From positions 1 to 64,000 of IMG/VR virus record IMGVR_UViG_3300019124_000038: a stretch of DNA of 64,000 nucleotides; one strand, given 5' to 3'. The notes under the pieces are model-generated. The model was not told the DNA's origin, ran no database searches, and saw only the letters and a program-made list of their open reading frames with translations. Positions 54,704 through 64,000 of this stretch are shown piece by piece. The stretch comes from a virus. The position numbers and the translations under genes are program-made. Position 1 is the first letter of the stretch. Each line of letters opens with the position of its first letter.

Positions 54704-55654
54704 ATGCTCAGACATTGGGAGCACATCGAAGAAGCGAACGCTGTAGACTATGATCTGTTCCAAAAGCACGGGAGAGCGATCATCCCAAACTGGTCGAAGC
54801 TAACCGATTCTCTGGAGCCAAATACTGCTGTGTTCGTTGTTCCAGAAGGCGGTGGAAAGCGACTGGAGGGCATCTATGATAAGTCGGCTGGAGGAATCCG
54901 CCCACTGTTCCGATCAGATGCACCTAACCGTGATCTTCGGCTTTATATTGACGCTCTCAACAATCCGAATATCACGCAGATTGCGGTTGACGGACTCATG
55001 GGAACAGGTAAGACCAGCACAGCCATCGAGTACCTTGTGGAGAACCATATCCCAAAAGATGTAAGGGTTCCACATAACTTCCAAACAATGGACTGGAAGA
55101 CTTCTGCCGAACGCAAAATGGTAGTAAGAGAAGACCACTATAAGATAATGATCGCGAAGCCAGCAGTTAATGCGGGCGGCGAAGAATACGGGTTCCTGCC
55201 GGGGGATATTGATGAAAAGATCAGCCCAACGCTCAGGAACTACACTCAATACTTTGATCGCTTCCACAATGCAGGGTTCGAGTCGCTTAACCTTATGGGA
55301 TATGTTGAAATTCTTCCACTCGGCTTTATCCGTGGTCTCGATGCCGAAAACATGACAATTGTGGTTGACGAAGCTCAGAACACCAAGGAGCTAATTACGG
55401 TTGGTACTCGGGAAGCTAAGAATGGTCGAATCATTTTCATCGGCGACACTAGCCCGTTCCAGATTGACCTCGAAAGCAATACACCTACACAAAACGGTCT
55501 TGCAGACTACATCGACCTGATGGCTGGAGCAGAATTCTTCCAGTACATCGAAATGAAGTCGCTCGAACACATTGTCCGTTCTCCGCGAGTACGAGAGATT
55601 GTGCGTCGTCTCTTCAACAAGCACGGCTCAAACCCGCGAGAATGGCTTACCTGA
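54704..55654 (+). CDS. phoH: PhoH-family ATPase
   Basis: GLMGTGKT, GFLPGDIDEK, IRG, VDEAQN, GD..Q.D, IVRS. Confidence 0.9.
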   Translation: MLRHWEHIEEANAVDYDLFQKHGRAIIPNWSKLTDSLEPNTAVFVVPEGGGKRLEGIYDKSAGGIRPLFRSDAPNRDLRLYIDALNNPNITQIAVDGLMGTGKTSTAIEYLVENHIPKDVRVPHNFQTMDWKTSAERKMVVREDHYKIMIAKPAVNAGGEEYGFLPGDIDEKISPTLRNYTQYFDRFHNAGFESLNLMGYVEILPLGFIRGLDAENMTIVVDEAQNTKELITVGTREAKNGRIIFIGDTSPFQIDLESNTPTQNGLADYIDLMAGAEFFQYIEMKSLEHIVRSPRVREIVRRLFNKHGSNPREWLT

Positions 55655-55762
55655 ATGGAATCGGGCAGGGGCGGAATCCCCTGTCTTTTTCCATTTGCTT
55701 GACAGCTCTATCAAACTTTCTTATAATACAATTAGAATATAGCACCATGAAAGGAGAATGGC

Positions 55763-56398
55763 ATGAAGTTAGGGAAGAAGGTAGCTACTACATTTGTACT
55801 AGCCAGTACGGTCTTGTCCTACATGAGCATCGCCGATGGGCAAGCACCAGCACCTACCACGGCAGAAGTGGCACGGTTTAAGCCACTCGCGTCTCGAAGC
55901 GGGGAAGTGCTGATGCACCAACAGGAGCAACAGCAGGAGACAAAGCCAGAGGTAAAGGGTCAACCTACGGAGGGCAATTTGGTTACGGCAGAACTTCCAA
56001 GGGAGCAAAAGGTGGGAACACCAGCTCCAACACCAGTTGCACAGCCGCAACCACAACCTGATCCGCCAAAGGAGCCTGAAAAGCCAAAGGAGACATACGG
56101 CGAATGGCAACCATTCGTAGCAACTTTCTACACCCTTAACGAAGGTAGCGGAACAGGTCGCACGGCAACAGGCACAATTCCAACAGCACACCGAACACTT
56201 GCTGTTGACCCGAATAGAATCCCGCTTGGTTCAGTGGTAGAAATCAAATACCCTGACGGTAGTGTGGAACGACGGGTTGCAGAGGATACAGGTGGAGCGA
56301 TTCATGGCAACATTCTCGACGTATATGTTGTTACCGTACAAGAAGCTCTCAGCAGAGGGCGACAGAACGTACAACTTAGAATCGTTCAAACTCCGTAG
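55763..56398 (+). CDS. secreted 3D-domain (MltA-like) cell-wall protein
   Basis: signal peptide; TATG..P..TLAVDP..IPLGS, AEDTGGAI.GN.LDVY. Confidence 0.88.
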   Translation: MKLGKKVATTFVLASTVLSYMSIADGQAPAPTTAEVARFKPLASRSGEVLMHQQEQQQETKPEVKGQPTEGNLVTAELPREQKVGTPAPTPVAQPQPQPDPPKEPEKPKETYGEWQPFVATFYTLNEGSGTGRTATGTIPTAHRTLAVDPNRIPLGSVVEIKYPDGSVERRVAEDTGGAIHGNILDVYVVTVQEALSRGRQNVQLRIVQTP

Positions 56399-56413
56399 AA
56401 AGGAGAATGCAAC

Positions 56414-57337
56414 TTGATGGTTCCTCTCGATTGGCTCGAACAGATTGAGACGATCAGCACACTACGGGTACTCACGACTTTTTGCAAGAAGGCGAAATCA
56501 GAGGGTTCGATGGTGTTCGACTACCGCCTGACAGATATCTACTCCGATTCTGGACTTGCGAAAAACTCAGCCGTTGATGGGCTAAAAGAACTCTGCGAAA
56601 AGGGGATAATTACCATCGTGGAGCGCGGTAGTGGAAGACGACCGAACCGATTCTCGATTAACTTAGCTGTCTCAGAAGTTGAGCCACAAGATGTAGCTGT
56701 CTCAAAAGATGAGGTATCAAAAGTTGAGACTACTACAGTGCTCGGAGAGTGGAAAAAGTCAGTGGCGGTGCGGGGTCAAGGTAGATCAGAGAAGGAAAGT
56801 GAGATCGCTAATAGTATTAAGGACCTTGATCTTTTTTCTATAAATCTCTATACAATAGACATTAATTCAATGTCAGTGGATAACCCCAACGCTACTCTAT
56901 CAAAGAAAGATATCGGATATTTAGCACAACGAATAGTGCTAGAAATTTTTAAGCCACGCTTATCCATGACGGTGAACGCAAAATGGTTTGGGTATCAAAT
57001 CGGAATAACGAAGCGGCTATTGGCACAATACAGGACTGAACAAATAATTGCGGCTATTGTCTATTGGACAGAGATCAGCGATCAGAAGATCACAAGTCTG
57101 CGCTACCTGACCTACGCAAACAAGAAAGGGACAAGCAAGCTCATGGTTGCTCTTGACTATTTCAAAGCCGAGTACCTGAAACAAGGCGGAGATAATAACG
57201 TAGAAGAGGTTATTGAGCGTATCGTCACTGAAGAAAGCGAAAAACAGAAGCGACTTGAAGAAGAGAAAGCAAGGGTTTCGTCCATGAGTGATGATGACTT
57301 TCTAGATAGTCTTCTTGGAAACATTGGAGGGAAGTAG
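56414..57337 (+). CDS. replication initiator protein
   Basis: N-terminal wHTH-like region; internal iterons and AT-rich tract; near recA and dnaB. Confidence 0.65.
   Translation: MMVPLDWLEQIETISTLRVLTTFCKKAKSEGSMVFDYRLTDIYSDSGLAKNSAVDGLKELCEKGIITIVERGSGRRPNRFSINLAVSEVEPQDVAVSKDEVSKVETTTVLGEWKKSVAVRGQGRSEKESEIANSIKDLDLFSINLYTIDINSMSVDNPNATLSKKDIGYLAQRIVLEIFKPRLSMTVNAKWFGYQIGITKRLLAQYRTEQIIAAIVYWTEISDQKITSLRYLTYANKKGTSKLMVALDYFKAEYLKQGGDNNVEEVIERIVTEESEKQKRLEEEKARVSSMSDDDFLDSLLGNIGGK
56664..56885. other. probable replication origin inside rep (iterons, AT-rich tract, DnaA-box-like)
   Basis: TAGCTGTCTCAGAAGTTGAG, TAGCTGTCTCAAAAGATGAG, GTATCAAAAGTTGAG; TTATCCACT on minus strand near 56875-56883. 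Confidence 0.55.
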
Positions 57338-58171
57338 ATGTGGACACAGAATAAGCTACGCAAGCTGAAACGGCATTACCCGAACATGGATGATGCTGAG
57401 ATTGCATCAATGCTCAACATGAGCGTTAGGATGATTCAGCGTAAGGCAGAGGAATTAGGGCTGGAGAAAGATGACCAGCCCTCCTTTCATTGGACGAGCT
57501 ATGAGGAAATATGGCTCAAGGACAATCATGGGTCTTGGTCTGACGAAGAAATAGCCTTGATGCTAAATAAGACCGTCGATGGTGTGCGTGAAAAGATCAG
57601 CGAACTTGGTCTCCAGCGTGAAAGTGGATGGACAAACTCACAACTCGATATTCTGGAGCGATTCTATGCATTCACGCCGAATGAGGAGATTGCCAAGTCA
57701 GTTAATAAGAGCAAGATGAGGGTTGAGCATATGGCATTCCGAATGGGTCTTCGTAAAAATCGAACATTCTACGCTAGCCTTACAGATACCGATGAGGAAC
57801 TACTGTTGATTAAGGAGGCCGCCGCTCGATACCACAAATCCATGAACTGCTCCAGAGGACACTATCTGGTTGGCGTAATCCTGAGCTACCTCTACCCGAC
57901 TTTCATCAAGGTGGAGGAGGAGCCAATTGGAGGGTTGCGACTCGATTGGTACATTCCTGAACTGAGACTCGCTTTTGAGTTCGACGGAGTACAGCATTTC
58001 GAGTACAGCGAGTTCTTTCACAGGAACAAGTTTGAGTTTCAGCGGGCACAAGATCGTGACTATCAGAAGTCATTCCTCTGTGAACAAGAAGGAATCGCCA
58101 TTGTGCGTTTCGCATATGACGAAGACCTTACGCCAGCTTTGGTCAGAGCTAAGGTTGAGGAGGTACTGTAG
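57338..58171 (+). CDS. tandem Myb-like HTH repeats + PD-(D/E)XK (DUF559/Vsr-like) nuclease
   Basis: three WT....L...EIA..LN repeats; LDWYIPELRLAFEFDG.QH. Confidence 0.75.
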   Translation: MWTQNKLRKLKRHYPNMDDAEIASMLNMSVRMIQRKAEELGLEKDDQPSFHWTSYEEIWLKDNHGSWSDEEIALMLNKTVDGVREKISELGLQRESGWTNSQLDILERFYAFTPNEEIAKSVNKSKMRVEHMAFRMGLRKNRTFYASLTDTDEELLLIKEAAARYHKSMNCSRGHYLVGVILSYLYPTFIKVEEEPIGGLRLDWYIPELRLAFEFDGVQHFEYSEFFHRNKFEFQRAQDRDYQKSFLCEQEGIAIVRFAYDEDLTPALVRAKVEEVL

Positions 58172-58193
58172 CCGTCCCTAGTGGGCGGCTTTT
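58170..58193 (+). terminator. intrinsic terminator
   Basis: AGCCGTCC/GGGCGGCT plus T-run. Confidence 0.7.
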
Positions 58194-58201
58194 GTCACTC
58201 C

Positions 58202-58230
58202 TTGACAGGCACTTATAATACAGTTATAAT
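58202..58230 (+). promoter_or_regulatory. sigma-A consensus promoter of recA operon
   Basis: TTGACA-17 nt-TATAAT. Confidence 0.8.
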
Positions 58231-58272
58231 ATAATAGTAGACTGTAACGTAAGGTCAAGGAGGAATTACTGG

Positions 58273-59412
58273 ATGGCAAAAGCACCATTAGAGAAGAATC
58301 TAGCTCTCTCTCCAGAAGAGATCAAGCGACGATTCGAAATGACAATGAAGGGAATTGATAAGGATTTCGGCATGGGAACATGTCAGATTCTCGGTGACGC
58401 GAAACCGATTCCACTTGCGCGTTTCCATTCTGGTTCCTATCGCTTGAACGATGTACTTGGTGGCGGATACCCGAAAGGACGTATCATCGAAATTTCTGGC
58501 CCTGAGTCGTCTGGTAAGACAACCGTTGCACTTCACGCTATCGCCGAAGCACAGAAGTTCGGGTATTGCGTATTTATTGACGCAGAACATGCTCTTAGTC
58601 TGGAATATGCGGCGAAACTTGGGGTAGATGTCAAAAATCTAATCGTAGCACAACCAGACACAGCAGAACATTGTCTTCAGATTGCAGAACGGTGGATTCG
58701 ATCTGGAATTGTCAGTTTAGTCGTTGTTGACTCTGTGGCGGCAATGGTTCCAGAGAAGGAACTTGAAGGGGATATCGGCGACAGCCATGTCGGTCTACTG
58801 GCTCGTCTCATGTCACAAGCACTCCGAAAACTGGCTGGTATTACATTGAAAACTGGCTCGACGCTTATCTTTATTAACCAGCTTCGTGAGAAGGTTGGGG
58901 TTATGTTTGGCAATCCTGAGACTACTTCTGGTGGACGAGCATTGAAGTTCTACGCGTCTATTCGTCTAGATGTTCGCGCCAGAGAAGTCAACAAAAAAGG
59001 CGACGAAGCTGTCTCTCGTACTACGAAGATTGAAGCGAAGAAGAACAAGACTGCACCGCCACTTCGAAGCGTAGAAGTTGACATTGAGTTCGGCGAAGGC
59101 ATCTCTAAAGCGGCTGAGATTCTTGATATCGGTGAAGAGATCGGTGTGGTCAAGAAATCTGGAGCATGGTACTCCTACTACGATGAGAACGGCGAAGAAA
59201 TCCGTGTAGCCCAAGGGCGAGAGAACGCAAAGAAATTCCTTAAAGAAAACGAAGGCGTACTCAACTACATCGAGAGCCGAATCATCGAGGTATACTACGG
59301 TGGTACAGTCGTAGAAGAAGTTCCATTCGAACCTACTGAACTGACGGCTATTGAATCCACTCTTGGAGATGAGGAAGTGCCTACTCCAGCCGAAGAGACT
59401 TTTGAGGAATAG
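58273..59412 (+). CDS. recA: RecA recombinase
   Basis: [49 protein letters not shown]. Confidence 0.97.
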   Translation: MAKAPLEKNLALSPEEIKRRFEMTMKGIDKDFGMGTCQILGDAKPIPLARFHSGSYRLNDVLGGGYPKGRIIEISGPESSGKTTVALHAIAEAQKFGYCVFIDAEHALSLEYAAKLGVDVKNLIVAQPDTAEHCLQIAERWIRSGIVSLVVVDSVAAMVPEKELEGDIGDSHVGLLARLMSQALRKLAGITLKTGSTLIFINQLREKVGVMFGNPETTSGGRALKFYASIRLDVRAREVNKKGDEAVSRTTKIEAKKNKTAPPLRSVEVDIEFGEGISKAAEILDIGEEIGVVKKSGAWYSYYDENGEEIRVAQGRENAKKFLKENEGVLNYIESRIIEVYYGGTVVEEVPFEPTELTAIESTLGDEEVPTPAEETFEE

Positions 59413-59423
59413 GGGGTATTGAG

Positions 59424-59915
59424 ATGAGTTTCGTGCTTAACCAAGTAGAGGAACTGCGTCGAACGGGTATCTACGGAGCGGAGCGTGTTGAATCAAATAC
59501 CATTGCAAAAATCCTTAACATGGCTGAGTGGGAATACTACGATCTCGACCTCTCAACCTTAGAGTCATATCTTGGACTTTTAGCACAGCAAATCTACTTC
59601 TTGCAACAAGAGTGCAACATCTCTGTAGCCAAGGAGATTGAATTAGGGAACGACTTCAAACGGTCGGCTTTACCGCATGTGGTAGGGGCAAAGATTCGTT
59701 CTGTTGAGGAGCGGTGGCTATTTGCCGCTTCCCTCGACGAAGAACTCGCCGCAAAATTCAACGCGTGGCAAAATTCCATTATCGACGCGACACTAAAAAA
59801 GAACTTAGCTGACCCCGTTATCGAGAAGTTAAATGTCTTGAAAAAAATGTATGATGAGCGACGAATGGATGGACGCAACAAATATGTTCATAAACATGCG
59901 GAGGGGAACCAGTAA
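59424..59915 (+). CDS. helical protein, possible UvsY-like recombination mediator
   Basis: size, helical pattern, position after recA. Confidence 0.5.
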   Translation: MSFVLNQVEELRRTGIYGAERVESNTIAKILNMAEWEYYDLDLSTLESYLGLLAQQIYFLQQECNISVAKEIELGNDFKRSALPHVVGAKIRSVEERWLFAASLDEELAAKFNAWQNSIIDATLKKNLADPVIEKLNVLKKMYDERRMDGRNKYVHKHAEGNQ

Positions 59916-60079
59916 TGAAAGATTCAGAAAATACCTGTTTAACATGTCATACAAAAACAGTATATCTTTACGACAAGTGTGAATCGTGTTTTAAAAGCGA
60001 CTGGCGAGAATGCAAAAGTTGCGGCGAGCTGTCTCCATCCTTACTAGGTGGCAGTTGTTCGTCGTGTTGGGGCTATTAA
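59915..60079 (+). CDS. 54-aa double zinc-ribbon protein (not in ORF track)
   Basis: TAATG coupling; four CxxC. Confidence 0.65.
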   Translation: MKDSENTCLTCHTKTVYLYDKCESCFKSDWRECKSCGELSPSLLGGSCSSCWGY

Positions 60080-60082
60080 GTA

Positions 60083-60193
60083 ATGGGCATGGGCGAATGG
60101 ATCGACGGCTGTTTCACCCTTATCGTAGTGTGTATCTTGCTGTTTGCATCGGTCTGCTTTGGTTTGGGATATCTGATCGCATCATTCTTCTGA
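60083..60193 (+). CDS. 36-aa single-TM protein (not in ORF track)
   Basis: hydrophobic ORF filling the gap in the operon. Confidence 0.45.
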   Translation: MGMGEWIDGCFTLIVVCILLFASVCFGLGYLIASFF

Positions 60194-60210
60194 GAGAGGG
60201 AGTGAGGAAA

Positions 60211-60378
60211 TTGAATTTTGAGACAAATGATCTCCGCGCATTAAAAGTAGCACTCGAACTAATGGAAGAAGAGAATGGAACCGTGTGGTACACATATGCA
60301 AACAACGAATACGGTGAACCAGTTTATCTCATGGAACTGCGTCATAGAATCGAAAAGGAAATTGAACAGAGGGCATAG
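60211..60378 (+). CDS. 55-aa hypothetical protein
   Basis: GGGAGTGAGG RBS, TTG start. Confidence 0.6.
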   Translation: MNFETNDLRALKVALELMEEENGTVWYTYANNEYGEPVYLMELRHRIEKEIEQRA

Positions 60379-60461
60379 CCCTCTTTCTATTTTATACCTT
60401 GACTTTTCCTATAATTCAGTTGTAATATAAGAGTATCGAACGACGAAATGAAAGAGGGAAT

Positions 60462-61925
60462 ATGATGACTGTACCTTACAACATCCTCAACTTGCCAGAA
60501 GACTTGAGGCGACAGTACGATAGCATTGCTCATGTAGGCGCAGAGCGAGCGGTACTGGGTATCGCGCTTCAAGACCCTGACACGCTGTTCGACATTTCTA
60601 CGGAGATCGAACCCGAAGACTTCACGAACCAATCGAACCGTCATATCTACGAAATCATGCTTACGGTTCTGGATGGTACTATCGCCAACATCGAAAAGGT
60701 CAATGTCTCCGTCATCAACGCGCTTGCGATTCGCTCGGGTCTCCAAGATTCGGTGAACATGCAGTACCTTGAAGCGGTGGCGCGTACCAATGCGGGCGTA
60801 GAGAATATCAAGTTCTTTACTGACCAAGTGAAGCAAGCATCTGTTCGACGCAAGACATTCCTTCAAGCGTATGCTACCATGCAAGACGCAATCACAAAAG
60901 AGGACGAGCCTATCGACAGCTTCGTGGCGCGTCAAGAAGAACGATTCCTTGATATCGTCATCGAATCAAAAGGCGGGAACGATGTAGTCAAGATTGGCGA
61001 TTGCATCGAAATGGTAATCGAGAAACGCGCTTCAACGGTTCGGGAAATTCTCGGTGTACCGACTGGCTTCACGGAGTACGACAAGCAGACTGGCGGTTTG
61101 GTTCCATCTCGGCTGAAAGTAATTGCGGCTCCTGCTAAGACTGGTAAGTCGGCTTGTGCTCTTAATATCGCCAAGAACATTGCGGTAGATCAAGGACACC
61201 CTGTTCTGTATGTGGATACAGAGATGACAACAGAGGAACAGATTGATCGACTGATTTCTATTGTTGCAACGGAATACCTGAACGCACAGGGCGATCCTCG
61301 ACATGTGGCTGAAAGTGAAGTCTCTCGCGGTCTCTTCAAGAATGATCCTGTGAAAGAGAATGCTGTCATGATGGCGAAGGAGATTGTGAAGAACGCTCCT
61401 TTCTACCACATCTACATGCCTGACTTCACACCTGAGAAAGTTCACAATCTTGCTCGTAAGATGCAACGCCAGATTGGTGTCGAATGGAACGGCTATGAGA
61501 ATCAGTTTGTTCTCATCTTCGACTACATCAAGATGCCAGATGCCACGATGGGCAACGGCAATGTATCTGAGTATTTGCTTCTTGGTCAGATCACCAGCAT
61601 GTTGAAGAACAAGACTGCTGGCATGTTGAAGATTCCTGTTCTGGCATTTGCACAGCTCAACCCGCGAACTACTCAAAACGCGGAAGATGTTGACTCTTCG
61701 CACATGTCTGGTTCTAACCGAATCGTCATGTTTGTCAACGAGTTGGCATTCCTGCGGAAGAAGACCCCCGCTGAGATTGAAGCAGACGGGCGGGAAAACG
61801 GGAACATCGTCTTCAAGCTCGGCGAGACCCGAAATGGTGGTTCCTATGTCGGGTGGATTGACTACACCACTTACAGAGGTGTCCCAAAAATGCGAGAAAT
61901 TCGAAATGTCGCAATGGCAGGATAG
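60462..61925 (+). CDS. dnaB: DnaB-like replicative helicase
   Basis: AERAVLG, GVPTGF, AAPAKTGKS, DTEM, IFDY, AQLN. Confidence 0.93.
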   Translation: MMTVPYNILNLPEDLRRQYDSIAHVGAERAVLGIALQDPDTLFDISTEIEPEDFTNQSNRHIYEIMLTVLDGTIANIEKVNVSVINALAIRSGLQDSVNMQYLEAVARTNAGVENIKFFTDQVKQASVRRKTFLQAYATMQDAITKEDEPIDSFVARQEERFLDIVIESKGGNDVVKIGDCIEMVIEKRASTVREILGVPTGFTEYDKQTGGLVPSRLKVIAAPAKTGKSACALNIAKNIAVDQGHPVLYVDTEMTTEEQIDRLISIVATEYLNAQGDPRHVAESEVSRGLFKNDPVKENAVMMAKEIVKNAPFYHIYMPDFTPEKVHNLARKMQRQIGVEWNGYENQFVLIFDYIKMPDATMGNGNVSEYLLLGQITSMLKNKTAGMLKIPVLAFAQLNPRTTQNAEDVDSSHMSGSNRIVMFVNELAFLRKKTPAEIEADGRENGNIVFKLGETRNGGSYVGWIDYTTYRGVPKMREIRNVAMAG

Positions 61926-61936
61926 GGGGAAACTTA

Positions 61937-62254
61937 ATGCGGATGAACGGGAAGCCGTGGAATGAATCTTCACGAGAGTCTAAATCCCGAATCAACGGTT
62001 GGCGCATCCAAGATATGCGGAAGCACTTGGAGAATTATGACGCTGACCCCAGACAGAAGGAGCGCATTACACAACAAAGATGCAAATTCTGCTACTACGC
62101 TGGTAGCCAGTTGGGTCTTGCGGTAATCACGGTAGCCCCATGTGGTTGCTGTGGACAAGATCAGACCTATGGCTCATCAGCCATTGACACTCTCTGTGAG
62201 TCTTGTGCAGTCAATCATGATTGTTGCAAAGAGTGTGGCGGAGCAATGGATTAG
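61937..62254 (+). CDS. Cys-rich zinc-finger protein
   Basis: four CxxC. Confidence 0.7.
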   Translation: MRMNGKPWNESSRESKSRINGWRIQDMRKHLENYDADPRQKERITQQRCKFCYYAGSQLGLAVITVAPCGCCGQDQTYGSSAIDTLCESCAVNHDCCKECGGAMD

Positions 62255-62264
62255 GCGGTGAACT

Positions 62265-62447
62265 ATGGGATACGGGCAAAATACAGGAACATTCATGCAC
62301 AAGGTTCGCAAACGCCGTCGAACACCGCCCAAATGGGTAATCTGCAAAGGGTGTAACTCAGCTATGAACAAGAGTGAAGCCAAGAAAAACGACTATCTAT
62401 GCGGCAGTTGCCAACGACTAGGTAAACTCGAAAAAGTGAAGGAGTGA
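62265..62447 (+). CDS. small zinc-ribbon protein
   Basis: CKGC...CGSC. Confidence 0.6.
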   Translation: MGYGQNTGTFMHKVRKRRRTPPKWVICKGCNSAMNKSEAKKNDYLCGSCQRLGKLEKVKE

Positions 62448-62452
62448 GTGCA

Positions 62453-62599
62453 ATGGCTTGGGCAGAATGCGTTGACTGCGGCAAACCCTTGAAGGGAGAA
62501 CGGCTCCGCTGTGATCGTTGTCACGATAAGTATGACGACAACGACTTCCGCTACGGAGACCCGTATCTTCCGCCTTGGGGCGATTTAGATGACGAGTAG
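62453..62599 (+). CDS. 48-aa zinc-ribbon protein (not in ORF track)
   Basis: AAGGAG RBS; CVDC...CDRC. Confidence 0.6.
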   Translation: MAWAECVDCGKPLKGERLRCDRCHDKYDDNDFRYGDPYLPPWGDLDDE

Positions 62600-62894
62600 C
62601 GTCAAAGAAACGACCGTAGTGAATATCCACCACAAGCTCCCCTACGATGTGTATATCGGTCGGGGGAGCAAGTGGGGGAACCCGTTCACGCACTTGAAAG
62701 GAACAAAAGCTCAACATGTTGTGGCGACAAGGGAGGAAGCAATTGCGCTCTACTGGGACTACCTATTCAGCAGACCCGACCTACTGAACTCCATCCATGA
62801 GCTAAAGGGCAAAGTCCTCGGGTGCTACTGTCATCCTCATGCTTGCCACGGTCATATCTTGGCTGAAATTGCAAATCTACTGGAGGTTGAATGA
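62589..62894 (+). CDS. DUF4326-family protein
   Basis: YDVYIGRGSKWGNPF, LKGKVLGCYCHP.ACHG. Confidence 0.9.
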   Translation: MTSSVKETTVVNIHHKLPYDVYIGRGSKWGNPFTHLKGTKAQHVVATREEAIALYWDYLFSRPDLLNSIHELKGKVLGCYCHPHACHGHILAEIANLLEVE

Positions 62895-62895
62895 G

Positions 62896-63072
62896 ATGCC
62901 GATGATCGACTCCGATAAAGTTAAATCTGAATTGCAAGCTATTCTTGACAGCAATCGTGGTGGTTGCCTCTGCACCATGCGTGAAAGCTGTAGTGAATGT
63001 GACCCATACTCTAGTGGGCGACGGGTGAAGGATGCCCTGTACAAATACATCCAAAAATTGGGGGAAGCGTAA
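62896..63072 (+). CDS. 58-aa hypothetical protein
   Basis: GGAGG RBS; CLC...CSEC. Confidence 0.6.
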   Translation: MPMIDSDKVKSELQAILDSNRGGCLCTMRESCSECDPYSSGRRVKDALYKYIQKLGEA

Positions 63073-63416
63073 TGGCTATCACGACCTACAAATACACCCT
63101 AACGCCAAGCAACGGTATTACTGTCCTTGATCTGCCGCTTGGTGCGCGTGTTATCTCTGCAAAAAACCAATTCGACGAGGTTCAGGTGTGGGCAATCGTG
63201 AACTCTGACTTTCCAACTGAGCCACATGAGTTCTTGTGTGTAGGTACAGGATGGGAACTGTCTGGCGATATTTTTGATTTCGAACCTGTAGACACTGTTC
63301 TGACCCACGGCGGAAAACTCGTATGGCACGTTTTTCATCGCAGTCCTAATAAAAATCAAGACATCTTCGATATGGCAAGGCGTTTTCGTCAACCAATCGA
63401 CATTGAAATCGAATAA
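63072..63416 (+). CDS. conserved phage hypothetical protein
   Basis: YKY.L...LP.GA.V...WA.V...GTG...VWHVF. Confidence 0.75.
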   Translation: MAITTYKYTLTPSNGITVLDLPLGARVISAKNQFDEVQVWAIVNSDFPTEPHEFLCVGTGWELSGDIFDFEPVDTVLTHGGKLVWHVFHRSPNKNQDIFDMARRFRQPIDIEIE

Positions 63417-63484
63417 AAAGAACCTTGCCAAAAGTTAGATGCTATAATATACTTGTCTTACAACAAACGAGAGGGTGAGATGAA

Positions 63485-63673
63485 ATGGTCTTCTGTATTT
63501 TAATGGCAATCCCCCTTGCTGGTGTGTCTGGTTTTCTCTGGTGGCGTGTTGTTGAGGGCATCCGCTACGGAGACTATGATGCGGCAGATATGATAGGACT
63601 GTGCACTTCAGGTCTTGTTATAACAGGATTTTTTGCCGCATGTGTGCAACAAATCGTTGACTTGGCTGGATAG
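63485..63673 (+). CDS. two-TM small protein
   Basis: hydrophobic segments, RBS. Confidence 0.6.
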   Translation: MVFCILMAIPLAGVSGFLWWRVVEGIRYGDYDAADMIGLCTSGLVITGFFAACVQQIVDLAG

Positions 63674-63685
63674 GAGTGGAATGAA

Positions 63686-64000
63686 ATGGCAGACTTCACG
63701 GTGGTCAAGGAGCTGATTCGGGAATCCATCGACCCCGTGCTCCTGCTGGAATACTACGGAGTGGACGTTCCAAACCGTAATTTCCGATACGGCGCGATTC
63801 GTTGCCCATGCCCGATTCACGGCGGGGATAACGAAACAGGATTCGGTTTCGATCTTAACAACAAACAGTTCACTTGCTTCACCAAGGGTTGCGGCGGTAG
63901 TCCCGAGGACTGGTGGTTCGTTCCGAAACAAGGCGGCGTGTCACGCGACATCTACCTCTTCATCAAGCTGATGGAGGAACGCAAAGCGCGGGAAGAAGGG
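63686..64000 (+). CDS. DNA primase N-terminus (CHC2 zinc finger), truncated by window edge
   Basis: CPCPIHGGDN...FTCFTKGC. Confidence 0.8.
   Translation, partial: MADFTVVKELIRESIDPVLLLEYYGVDVPNRNFRYGAIRCPCPIHGGDNETGFGFDLNNKQFTCFTKGCGGSPEDWWFVPKQGGVSRDIYLFIKLMEERKAREEG

Noticed and set aside
14807-63673. Alternative genetic code and long antisense ORFs (e.g. 26416-27105, 61032-61973)
   Set aside because: Genes are intact in the standard code and no suppressor tRNA is present; antisense ORFs mirror well-supported genes and lack motifs

Overview
About 64 kb of a large tailed-phage genome. No tail sheath is visible, so it is probably a siphovirus. Sigma-A-type promoters, strong GGAGG RBSs, a B-type RNase P RNA and Apyc1, 3D-domain and YspA genes point to a Bacillota (probably Bacillales) host. 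Layout: (i) 1-9.1 kb, minus strand, is a dense RNA island. It holds about 28 tRNAs covering all 20 amino acids, an RNase P RNA, a 6S-like hairpin RNA, a circularly permuted tRNA mimic with YrlA-type topology and about ten unassigned structured spacers. It also holds five stem-closed RNAs sharing C(TT/GA)ACAGCA, directly upstream of a Ro60/TROVE-like (DUF2828-type, vWA) gene; two of them display canonical anticodon stem-loops. (ii) 9.1-12.8 kb has nucleotide-metabolism and anti-defence genes (Apyc1-like MBL hydrolase, metallophosphoesterase, guanylate kinase, AdoMet decarboxylase, SLOG/YspA). (iii) 13-14.6 kb has a sigma factor and a convergent Xer-type recombinase. (iv) 14.8-54.6 kb is packaging, head, tail and lysis, with a structured ~165-nt element between the two tail-assembly-chaperone ORFs. 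(v) 54.7-64 kb has PhoH, a 3D protein, a replication initiator with iterons, RecA, DnaB and the start of a primase. All calls come from manual motif reading and base-pairing by eye; no database search or folding program was run.
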